A stretch of 64,000 bases of DNA, from contig CAVRAF010000006.1 of NCBI GenBank assembly GCA_963718905.1, forward strand, positions 185,248-249,247, written 5' to 3'. Each line of letters starts with the position of its first letter. Position 1 is the first letter of the stretch. The notes beneath the pieces were generated by a model. The model searched no databases and had not been told where the DNA came from. It was given only the letters and a program-made list of their open reading frames with translations. This document shows, piece after piece, positions 49,250 to 57,544 of this stretch. Position numbers and translations under genes: made by a program. Source of the DNA: an uncultured Pseudomonadota bacterium (GTDB lineage: Bacteria; Pseudomonadota; Gammaproteobacteria; Burkholderiales; Casimicrobiaceae).

Positions 49250-50038
49250 ATGACTCGCATGAGGCCGTTTATGCTCGTACAAAGCCAGAAACGGCAGCTC
49301 GATGAACTGGGCTACCTCGTACTGCCCGGCTTCGTTCCGCCGCCGCTGCTCACAGACCTTCGCGAGCGCGTGGAAACACTGTGGGAACTGGAAGGCGACG
49401 AGGCCGGGTCCGAGTTCCGGCATGAGCCGGGCACCCGTCGCCTGGCGAATCTGGTCGACAAGGGCGCGGTCTTCGCGGAGCTGGTCGCGATGCCGGAGAT
49501 CCTTGAGTGCATCGAGCACGTCATCGGACCCGACTACAAGCTGAGCAGTCTCAACGCGCGTTCGGCCAATCCGCACAACGGAGAATCGCAAACATGGCAT
49601 GCCGATGTCGGTGCCATCGCCGACGAGTTCGGCTACTGGGTATGCAATACCTTGTGGATGCTCGACGACTTCACCGCGGAGAACGGCCCCACGCGCATGA
49701 TTCCGCGCTCCCACGCTTGGCGCCGTCTGCCCGACGCGGGCATCACCGACTCCGTCCGCGGTGAAGAGCTGGTGACCGGCAAGGCCGGGACCGTCGTCAT
49801 CATGAATGCGCACATGTGGCACGGCGGAACGGCCAACCGCACCGACCGTTGCCGCCGGGCGCTGCACGCGTTTTACACGCGCAGCGACAAGCCGCAACAG
49901 CAATATCAGAAGGCGCTGTTGCGACCCGAGACCGTGGCGGCACTGACACCGTTGCAGCGTCGGGTGCTCGCCCTCGACGATGCGGAGAACGACCGGCTGA
50001 GCTCAGCGACCACCCGCATGAGTGGGTTCCTGCGTTAG
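49250..50038 (+). CDS. Phytanoyl-CoA dioxygenase (PhyH) family 2OG-Fe(II) oxygenase
   Basis: QTWHAD, LDDFTAENGPT..IPRSH, WHGG..N. Confidence 0.9.
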   Translation: MTRMRPFMLVQSQKRQLDELGYLVLPGFVPPPLLTDLRERVETLWELEGDEAGSEFRHEPGTRRLANLVDKGAVFAELVAMPEILECIEHVIGPDYKLSSLNARSANPHNGESQTWHADVGAIADEFGYWVCNTLWMLDDFTAENGPTRMIPRSHAWRRLPDAGITDSVRGEELVTGKAGTVVIMNAHMWHGGTANRTDRCRRALHAFYTRSDKPQQQYQKALLRPETVAALTPLQRRVLALDDAENDRLSSATTRMSGFLR

Positions 50039-50079
50039 CGCGAAGCGTCCTGGACCACCTGGACGCTCAGGTTTTCTGT

Positions 50080-50096
50080 GCGACCGCATAGACCAC
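50080..50096 (+). repeat. 17-bp direct repeat, copy 1
   Basis: GCGACCGCATAGACCAC, identical at 51942-51958. Confidence 0.85.
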
Positions 50097-50156
50097 GTTT
50101 GCCTCAACCGACGTAGTACCCGAATTGCGGATGAAGTCGAAGCCATGGACTGCAGT

Positions 50157-50198
50157 CGACCCTGAACAGACGGTCGCAACCCTCGGAAGCTGACGTTC
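50157..50198 (+). repeat. Junction element copy (R + R2)
   Basis: CGACCC-TGAACA-GACGGT; GACCC-N29-GACGTTC. Confidence 0.6.
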
Positions 50199-50226
50199 AA
50201 ACGAACCGACCGGCAACCGCAGAAAG

Positions 50227-50883
50227 TCAGGACGACGGTATCGCGGCCTCCACCGCTTCAACCGACTTTTCCTCGACTGACACATTGAACGCGACGGAAA
50301 TCCGTTCGTCCTTTCCGAAATACGGATGAACCATGTGCTTGAGCCAGCTTGGAAACACGATCATCAGTCCGGGGACGGGCTCGATGACGTAACGGCCGTC
50401 GAGCACGTTTTTCTCGAAGTACAGCATGTTGATCCCGCTGCGCGGGTCGAGAAGCTCGAGCTTGCCGTTTTCGTTCGGCGTCGGATCAGGGTCGCCGCGG
50501 GCGACGTAGTAGACGCCCGACCACATGCTGTTCGGGTGATTGTGGACGCTGTTGTACCCGCCGTTGCGCAAGACATTGGCCCAGGCGGAGGCAGTAAAGC
50601 GAAATGTTCGCGACTGGCCGGTCGGGGCCGCGACCAGGCGGGTGAGCTCGGTGGCCACGGTGTCCGCGCGCTTCTTGAGCACGCGCGCACACTCCGCGTC
50701 CCAGTTGAAAAAATCGGTGTTGGAATGCCAACCCTTGACGTTGCTACGGGACATGCCCGCAGTCCGCGTCTCGGCGTTGAGGATCAGCTCCCGAAGCTCT
50801 TTGTTGAGGCCTTCGCTGTCCGGCCAGTGGTACGCCACGACGGGCGTACCAAAGGCCATCGCTACATGCTCTTTGAGCTCCAA
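50227..50883 (-). CDS. TIGR02466-like putative 2OG-Fe(II) oxygenase
   Basis: SNVKGWHS, WANV, HNHPNSMWSGVYY, DPR, FPSWLKHMV, RISVAFN. Confidence 0.88.
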   Translation of the reverse strand: MELKEHVAMAFGTPVVAYHWPDSEGLNKELRELILNAETRTAGMSRSNVKGWHSNTDFFNWDAECARVLKKRADTVATELTRLVAAPTGQSRTFRFTASAWANVLRNGGYNSVHNHPNSMWSGVYYVARGDPDPTPNENGKLELLDPRSGINMLYFEKNVLDGRYVIEPVPGLMIVFPSWLKHMVHPYFGKDERISVAFNVSVEEKSVEAVEAAIPSS

Positions 50884-50884
50884 C

Positions 50885-51643
50885 TCAACCGTCTGGTTTC
50901 ACGCGCCTTCGAGCGAAGCCTAACCCGGCCATGGCGCCCATGCCAAGCAGGGCAAGTGTCCCCGGCTCGGGGACCGTCGAGTTGGGCGTGAAGATGTAGG
51001 TCACAGTCAAGCCGTCGTTTGGCCGGTCCCAGGTCGCGTTGCCGCCTCCGGAGGCATTTCCGTCGCCGCTACTTTCGTTGGTCACCGTCAACATGAGATT
51101 CAGGTTGAACGTCGCATCGAGCGTCCCCAAGCCATTGTACTGATCCAGTATCGACTGCGCGGTGAGTGAATCGCTAAAAGTCACCAGAGAGCTCGGGTCC
51201 TTGGAGTTTGAGCAGCTGACCGAAAAACCGGTGTTGAAGCAGTTGACTGAATCTGACCGGCTATCTGAATAGTTGACGCCCGGCATCGTCATGCTGAAAG
51301 AGGCATCCCAAGAGGTGTTTCCGACGGCAACGGCGCTAGCGTCCTCAACGGGAGTGTCTGCGCTAACCGTAACGAAGCCGAAGAGTGTCGAGGTCAGGCT
51401 CACATCGACCTCGGTCAACGTCCCGAGGGATGGATCGAATTGGTTGAATGTAACCGTCGTGTGCTCAGCATCGCTGTTCTGATTCACCCCCGGATCGATC
51501 ACCTCGGCGGGTGACGATGTCACAGTGAAAGCGCACGGAAATACGGTACAGACTGGAGCCGCCTCTGCCGTTCCCACCGCAGGCAACACCGCCCCGATGC
51601 CGGTGAGCAAACCGATCTGGCTCAAGCGTTTCGTGTCGAACAT
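50885..51643 (-). CDS. PEP-CTERM sorting domain protein
   Basis: Signal peptide; FNQFDPSLGTL; VPEPGTLALLGMGAMAGLGFARRR. Confidence 0.92.
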   Translation of the reverse strand: MFDTKRLSQIGLLTGIGAVLPAVGTAEAAPVCTVFPCAFTVTSSPAEVIDPGVNQNSDAEHTTVTFNQFDPSLGTLTEVDVSLTSTLFGFVTVSADTPVEDASAVAVGNTSWDASFSMTMPGVNYSDSRSDSVNCFNTGFSVSCSNSKDPSSLVTFSDSLTAQSILDQYNGLGTLDATFNLNLMLTVTNESSGDGNASGGGNATWDRPNDGLTVTYIFTPNSTVPEPGTLALLGMGAMAGLGFARRRVKPDG

Positions 51644-51730
51644 TGCTCCCCCTTGTGTATTGGACCGGCCGCTTCTTGGTAGTGCCTTCTCTTCGCGCTG
51701 GGTGAACGCGGACTTCGGTTTCCGGGCACA

Positions 51731-51745
51731 GCAATGGCCGTGCCG
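51731..51745 (-). promoter_or_regulatory. Sigma-54 (-24/-12) promoter of the PEP-CTERM gene
   Basis: Minus strand CGGCACG-GCCA-TTGC versus consensus TGGCACG-N4-TTGC. Confidence 0.75.
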
Positions 51746-51808
51746 CAATGTTGTTCTTCCATCAAAACAAGCGGTTGGATTTCCCGGCGGACAACCCATA
51801 AGCACAAC

Positions 51809-51825
51809 TGTAAAGCGCGTCGACA
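51809..51825. promoter_or_regulatory. Enhancer-binding-protein site (TGT-N11-ACA; PrsR-type candidate)
   Basis: TGTAAAGCGCGTCGACA, about 65 bp upstream of the sigma-54 site. Confidence 0.6.
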
Positions 51826-51941
51826 ACGCGCTAACCTAGCGAACTGTTTCAAGCGTCGCGGTCTTCATCAAGCTCAAAAGCTCGCCTCTGATGTCACGGC
51901 GCGACGCGTTAGCACTTGCGGCTTGATCAGGAGAAAATGCG

Positions 51942-51958
51942 GCGACCGCATAGACCAC
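51942..51958 (+). repeat. 17-bp direct repeat, copy 2
   Basis: GCGACCGCATAGACCAC. Confidence 0.85.
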
Positions 51959-52109
51959 AATGGACACTCGTCGAGTCGCGTCGGGCCAACACACAAAGTA
52001 GCCGTCGAGCGTCACGTTGTGAAACGGGCGAATCCCCGACGGCCACGACGATTTCGGTGGCATCCCGACCAGCGTTGCCAGCGGGCCGTCCGCCTTTTCG
52101 CTCAAGTCG

Positions 52110-52526
52110 CTATGCTGCGCATGGTCCCGTGCCACAGCTCCAACGTACGGCCGTCAACGACCATGGAGACCTGGGCTCGGATCGCTCACTATAGGATCGG
52201 AGCAGATTGCCTGGCCCCGCGAAGGTGTAGTAGTTGACTCCTTCAGCTCCGATGGATTGCCACATGGGATTCATGACATTTTTCATTGGCATGACCCATG
52301 GCGACGGCGGCTTCGCGAAGACGATCGCGACGCCGTCGGCCTTCTCCTGGGCCACCAACTCGGCGTCTTGGTCCAGGAAGATTCTCGCGACATTGAGCAA
52401 GAGCGTGCATCGCACGACATATGCGGCGCCAACGACAAGAAGCAATGCCGCGGAAACGAAGGCAATCCGTCTGGTCCGCTGACTCGAAGATGACGTGGCG
52501 GGACTAGCTGGGTCGTTGGCGGCCAT
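52110..52526 (-). CDS. Hypothetical membrane-anchored protein, possibly a fragment
   Basis: One TM helix; C-terminal third looks out of frame. Confidence 0.4.
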   Translation of the reverse strand: MAANDPASPATSSSSQRTRRIAFVSAALLLVVGAAYVVRCTLLLNVARIFLDQDAELVAQEKADGVAIVFAKPPSPWVMPMKNVMNPMWQSIGAEGVNYYTFAGPGNLLRSYSERSEPRSPWSLTAVRWSCGTGPCAA

Positions 52527-52570
52527 AGGTCAGTCTATCGTCGCCCGACGATGTCGATATCGACGGGCAT

Positions 52571-52667
52571 TTGTGACCCAGCTAAATTTGCTCGCTTCGT
52601 AGCAGACGTCCACGAATTCCGCCTCTGGCCGATCTAAGACCGATGCATCAGCGAATAGCAGACGTTG
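52571..52667 (+). repeat. Junction element motif cluster
   Basis: GTGACCC, TAGCAGACGT twice, AATTCCGCCTCTGGCCGATC. Confidence 0.5.
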
Positions 52668-52760
52668 CGGCGAACGTCTCTCCCCGCGCCTTGACGTGTA
52701 CCTGGGTGCCCAGAGAAAGGCGCGGTCCAAGCACGAGCGCGTCGAGCAGATCCTTAAGCT

Positions 52761-52885
52761 ATTGCCGTGGTGCCGCGCTCGGCGGGCTTGCTCAAGCGCG
52801 GCCACGTTCTAATCAGTAACTTCAATAACGGCCAGAATCTGCAGGGCACCGGAACGACCATCGTCCAAGCTAGCCCGAAGGGGAC
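52761..52885 (+). pseudogene. Internal fragment of a secreted beta-propeller-like protein
   Basis: IAVVPRSAGLLKRGHVLISNFNNGQNLQGTGTTIVQASPKG with no start context or continuation. Confidence 0.55.
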
Positions 52886-52929
52886 GCTCGATCGCAGCGA
52901 TGAGATCGGACCGTGCGCGAGATTCAGGG

Positions 52930-53002
52930 CACCCCCGGCAGGAATCGAACCTGCGACCCCGCCCTTAGGAGGGGCGTGCTCTATCCACTGAGCTACGGGG
53001 GC
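52930..53002 (-). tRNA. tRNA-Arg (anticodon CCT); CCA not encoded
   Basis: GCCCCCGTAGCTCAGTGGATAGAGCACGCCCCTCCTAAGGGCGGGGTCGCAGGTTCGATTCCTGCCGGGGGTG cloverleaf; loop CT-CCT-AA. Confidence 0.95.
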
Positions 53003-53055
53003 GGTGCGAAAGCTGATTTTACGTCCAAGCTTACGGCCGGCGCGATCTAACAGCG

Positions 53056-54138
53056 TCACGCGAGGTTCACCGTTCGTCCCGAAGCGGACGATTCGCGCAC
53101 CGCATCGATCACTTCCTGGCAGCGCAGGCCGTCGGTGAAGTTCGGCGCGGGCGAACGTCCCTCATCGATGCCGCGCGTGAAGTCGCGAACCAGCAGGCGA
53201 AACGCCATCAGGCGATGGTCGCGCGGATCGGTGAACGGCGTGTACTTCGCAGGCGTGGCGAGGGCCTGCAGCGGCGCGCCGTCGCGGCTCGCGATCACCG
53301 TGCCATCTTCGGTTGGATTGGGACCGGGTTGCTCGGCGATCAGCGTGCCGCGCTCGCCCATGACGGCGATCTTGGTGCCGCGTGCGGGGGTGGCGGCGAA
53401 CGATGCGACCATCGTCGCGATGCCGCCGCGTCTGAACTCGAGCGTGAACACGAACGTATCGTCGGTTTCCGATTTGACCACGCGCTGCGTCGACGTCTCG
53501 ATGACGGACGGGCGCAGCGTGGCGAGGCGGCCGCTGACCGAGGCGATTTCACCGAACCAGTGGCGCAGCCCGTCGATGTAATGCGAGCCGAGGGCGCCGA
53601 GCAGTCCGCCGCCTTCGGACCGGTAGGCCTGCCACGTCAACGGTCGCAGCTCGCGCGTGACATAGCGGTCGAGGAACAGCTCGATCGTGCAGAGCTGGAA
53701 GCGTCCGATGTAGCCGCTGTCGAGAAGCTCCTTGATGTAGCCGCGCTGCGGTGTGTGGCGGAATTCGTGACCGACCATCGCCGTCTTGCCGCTGCTCTCC
53801 GCGGCGGCGAGCATGGCGGCCGCCTGCGTCGCGTCGAACGCGAACGGCTTTTCGCACAGCACGTGCTTGCCCGATCGCAGCGCGGCGATGGCGAGGTCGT
53901 GGTGCGAGCCGGGCGGCGTGGCGATCGCAACCGCCGCGAGATCGTCGCGCCGGATCAGCTCCATGGGATCGGTGTAGACGTTCGGGATGCCGGCCGCGGC
54001 CGCGGCGTCCGTCGCCCGTTGACGGTTGCGGCTGCATAGCGCGACGACCTGCCAGCCTTCCGAGACGAAGCCCGGAACGTAGACCTGCGCACCAAAGCCG
54101 ACGCCGATGACGCCGATCCTGCGATTTGCTTCGGACAT
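53056..54138 (-). CDS. Gfo/Idh/MocA family oxidoreductase
   Basis: IGVIGVGFG, HVLCEKP, GGGLLGALGSHYID. Confidence 0.93.
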   Translation of the reverse strand: MSEANRRIGVIGVGFGAQVYVPGFVSEGWQVVALCSRNRQRATDAAAAAGIPNVYTDPMELIRRDDLAAVAIATPPGSHHDLAIAALRSGKHVLCEKPFAFDATQAAAMLAAAESSGKTAMVGHEFRHTPQRGYIKELLDSGYIGRFQLCTIELFLDRYVTRELRPLTWQAYRSEGGGLLGALGSHYIDGLRHWFGEIASVSGRLATLRPSVIETSTQRVVKSETDDTFVFTLEFRRGGIATMVASFAATPARGTKIAVMGERGTLIAEQPGPNPTEDGTVIASRDGAPLQALATPAKYTPFTDPRDHRLMAFRLLVRDFTRGIDEGRSPAPNFTDGLRCQEVIDAVRESSASGRTVNLA

Positions 54139-54314
54139 GAACATCTCCATGAGGGGCCGCAATGCGGACGAGGGCCCCGGAACGAGCTCGATTTCAACAC
54201 GGATCGGCGCTTCGATACACGCGCCGCGTCGACCGTTGGGTGCGGCGCCGGCGGATCGGCGGGTACGCTATCCTGTTTCCGCGAACTGCGTATGCTAACT
54301 GCGGAGCCTTCGCC

Positions 54315-54764
54315 ATGCCCACGGATATCGGCACCGGACTCATTTCGCACGCCATTCAACTGGCGATCGCACCGGTCTTTCTCCTGACCGGCATCGCCGC
54401 GCTCCTCGGGGTGATGGCCACGCGGCTGGCGCGGGTGATCGACCGCGCCCGCAGTCTGGAGCTGGCATGGCCGGCAATGGATGCGCCGGCGCGCACCGCG
54501 GCGCGCGCGGAGTTCGGCAATCTGGAACGGCGCCGGCGCGTCTGTAGCTGGTCGATCAATTACTGCACGACGGCGGCACTGATCATTTGCGTGGTGATCG
54601 TCACGCTGTTCCTGGAGGAGTTTTTCGCCGCGAACCTGAAGTGGCTCGCCGGTGCCTTGTTCGTGGGCGCGATGGTGGCGCTGATCGGCGGGTTGACCTG
54701 CTTCCTGCGCGAAGTCTATCTGGCGACGCACACGACCCGCATCGATGCCAAGCGGTTCAAATGA
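54315..54764 (+). CDS. DUF2721 membrane protein
   Basis: IQLAIAPVFLLTG, RLARVIDRAR, FLREVYLAT. Confidence 0.9.
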   Translation: MPTDIGTGLISHAIQLAIAPVFLLTGIAALLGVMATRLARVIDRARSLELAWPAMDAPARTAARAEFGNLERRRRVCSWSINYCTTAALIICVVIVTLFLEEFFAANLKWLAGALFVGAMVALIGGLTCFLREVYLATHTTRIDAKRFK

Positions 54765-54795
54765 TCACCGGGATACTGCGGTCGGGTCCGCCGAC

Positions 54796-55503
54796 GTGAT
54801 TGCGTGGCTCGATGCGGATACACCTTTTCCACCGCTCGACGCGGCGCTGGTCGAGCCGAACGGACTCCTCGCGGCGGGCGGCGGATCTTTCTCCGCCGCG
54901 CCTCATCGACGCCTATCGGCGCGGCATCTACCCGTGGTACGGCGCGGGTCAGCCGGTGCTGTGGTGGAGTCCCGATCCGCGCATGGTGTTGCCGGTCGAC
55001 GAATTCCGGCTGTCGCGCTCGCTGTCGAAGCGGATCAAGCGGCGCGAGTTCGACGTCCGCATCGACACGGCGTTCGATCAGGTCATCGACGCCTGCGCCA
55101 GCACGCCGCGCGGCGCGCAGAATGGAACCTGGATCACCCGCGAAATGATCACGGCCTATCGACGCATGCACCGGCTGCGCTACGCGCATTGCGTCGAGGC
55201 GTGGCAGGACGACGAGCTGGTCGGCGGACTCTACGGCGCTTGCGATCGGACAGGTGTTCTTCGGTGAATCGATGTTTGCGCGCGTGACGGATGCGTCCAA
55301 GGTGTGCCTCGCGGCGCTCGTTGCGCTGCTGCAGCGAGCGCGGCGTGCCGCTGATCGACTGCCAGCAGGAGACCGGACACCTGGCGTCGATGGGCGCCCG
55401 GCCGATTTCGCGACGCGAATTCGCCCATCGGCTTAGCGAATTGATACACTCCGACGCGGCGCCTGTCGGCTGGACGGCGGGGCCGATTCCGGAGCACGGG
55501 TGA
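54796..55503 (+). CDS. aat: Leucyl/phenylalanyl-tRNA--protein transferase (frameshifted)
   Basis: [48 protein letters not shown]. Confidence 0.93.
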
Positions 55504-56222
55504 GCAACCTCAACGACCTTCCGCTCGCGACGCTGCAGTTCTACGCGACGGCGCCGTACCCGTGCAGCTACCTGCCCGACCGGGCGGCGCGCTCGCAGGT
55601 GGCCACACCCAGCCACCTGATCGACACGCGGACCTACAGCGAGCTGGTGCGCTTCGGCTTTCGCCGCAGCGGCGCGTTCACCTATCGTCCGTACTGCGAC
55701 CATTGCCGGGCGTGCGTGCCGGTCCGGGTTCCGGTGCGCGATTTCAAGCCCAGTCGCAGCCAGCGCCGGTCGCTGCGGGATAAGGGCGGGATCACGGCGG
55801 TACGGCGCGAGTTGGCGTACGATCCCGCGCATTACGCGCTCTATCTGCGGTATCAGCGGCTGCGCCACCCCGGTGGCGGGATGGATCAGGACAGCCGGGA
55901 GCAGTACCAGCACTTCCTGCTGCACAGCAATGTCGCCACCGACCTCTACGAGTTTCGCGACGCCAGCGGTCAACTGCGCGTCGTGAGCCTGGTCGACCGG
56001 CTGGTGGACGGGCTGTCGTCGGTCTATACGTTCTTCGACCCCGAGCCCCCCACGGCGAGCTACGGGACGTTCAACATCCTGTGGCAAATCCAGAAGTGCC
56101 AGGAGCTCGGGCTGCCCTACCTGTATCTGGGCTACTGGATCCGGGAAAGTACCAAGATGGCGTACAAGGCGACCTTTCGACCCATCGAAGGCCTCGCCGG
56201 GGGGCGGTGGGTCCCGCTCTAG
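55500..56222 (+). CDS. bpt: Asp/Glu leucyltransferase (ATE1-like arginyltransferase family)
   Basis: [42 protein letters not shown]. Confidence 0.92.
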   Translation: MSNLNDLPLATLQFYATAPYPCSYLPDRAARSQVATPSHLIDTRTYSELVRFGFRRSGAFTYRPYCDHCRACVPVRVPVRDFKPSRSQRRSLRDKGGITAVRRELAYDPAHYALYLRYQRLRHPGGGMDQDSREQYQHFLLHSNVATDLYEFRDASGQLRVVSLVDRLVDGLSSVYTFFDPEPPTASYGTFNILWQIQKCQELGLPYLYLGYWIRESTKMAYKATFRPIEGLAGGRWVPL

Positions 56223-56597
56223 CGACCCGAAAGAATGCCGAACTGCGGGAAGCCTCGATTTGTTGTAGCTAACGACGTGTTTCTATTCCCGCGAGGCCAT
56301 TATCGGCAGGTCTTTAGACTCGGCTGGGCATGCAAGTTGTGCACAACAACTTTCCGGCAACTATTGCCAGCCGACCCGATCCCGACCTCACCGTCCGTTT
56401 AGCACCCTCCGATAACCGTCTAGCGGCCCGACGGATTTGCCGGGATGCAACAATGTGACGAAATCGACGGTGTTTCCGCACGTGTAGGACTTGCACCTAC
56501 AGGCAGAACCTATGTAGAGTACACGCGTGCCGCTAGACGGCAGCATGTGCCAATTCAAGAAAATGCAACTTTTGGCTAGCTTTTCCGGAGGCTTTTC

Positions 56598-57530
56598 ATG
56601 AACGCTGTCGCCGATTTCCCTGCTCTCGCAAATTCGAACAATCTAAAACAGATCGACGTTGAGTACGACAGCGAATCTCTCACCCTTTATTGGTGGATGA
56701 GGCCGTCCCCTCGTCCATGCTTTAACGCCGCGTTCTTGGAGGAATCCTTCGACTTTGAGCGACGCCTGCAACTACATCAGGGATGGATGAACCACGCCGG
56801 CAAGGAATGCAAGATCGAGAACGCGGTTTTTGGTAGCCACATTCCAGGCGTATTCAACCTAGGCGGCGATCTTTCGATGTTCATTCAGGCGATTCTCCGC
56901 AAGGATCGCGAATCACTCATGCATTACGGCGATCTATGTGTCGACAACATGTATCGACGTGTCTGCGGCTTTGACGCAGACATCATTACCTACTCGTTGG
57001 TTCAGGGTAGGGCTTTTGGTGGCGGATTTGAATGCGCTTTGGCGAGTGACGTGATCGTGGCCGAGCGTTGCGCGACGATGTCATTCCCGGAGGTGCTTTT
57101 TAATATGTTTCCAGGAATGGGAGCGCTCTCCTTGCTCTCGCGGAAGATTGGCCTGCGCAAGGCGGAAGAAGTGATCATGAGCGGCAAAGTGTTCACCGCT
57201 AAGGAAATGTATGACCTCGGCGTCGTCGATGAGTTGACTGAAAGCGGAACAGGGTTAGAGGTCGTGCGAACCCTGATCAAGAACCGCCAGCGAAAGCGGA
57301 ATAGCTACAGAGCAATGTCGCTCGCAAAGCGGGAATTCCAACCCGTGACGCATGCGGAAATGAAAGCGGTTGTGGGTGTCTGGGTTGATGCTGCGCTACG
57401 ATTGGAGAATCGTGACCTCAGAATGATGGCTCGACTTGTGCGCGCCCAGGACAAACTTCTGACCGCAACAGCCGAGGACGAGTTCGTTGAAGAACTGTAC
57501 GCGGCGCCGCGGCAGGTCATTAACGGGTAG
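56598..57530 (+). CDS. rpfF: DSF synthase, crotonase family (RpfF)
   Basis: PRPCFN, VFNLGGDL, LVQG.A.GGGFE, FPEVLFNMFPGMGA, W.D.AL...DLR.M.RLV.AQ. Confidence 0.88.
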   Translation: MNAVADFPALANSNNLKQIDVEYDSESLTLYWWMRPSPRPCFNAAFLEESFDFERRLQLHQGWMNHAGKECKIENAVFGSHIPGVFNLGGDLSMFIQAILRKDRESLMHYGDLCVDNMYRRVCGFDADIITYSLVQGRAFGGGFECALASDVIVAERCATMSFPEVLFNMFPGMGALSLLSRKIGLRKAEEVIMSGKVFTAKEMYDLGVVDELTESGTGLEVVRTLIKNRQRKRNSYRAMSLAKREFQPVTHAEMKAVVGVWVDAALRLENRDLRMMARLVRAQDKLLTATAEDEFVEELYAAPRQVING

Positions 57531-57544
57531 CGCCGCCGATAAGG

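Noticed and set aside
51829-51914. GCTAAC...GTTAGC as an integron attC site
   Set aside because: Core sites are complementary, but there are no properly spaced L boxes and no adjacent cassette ORF.
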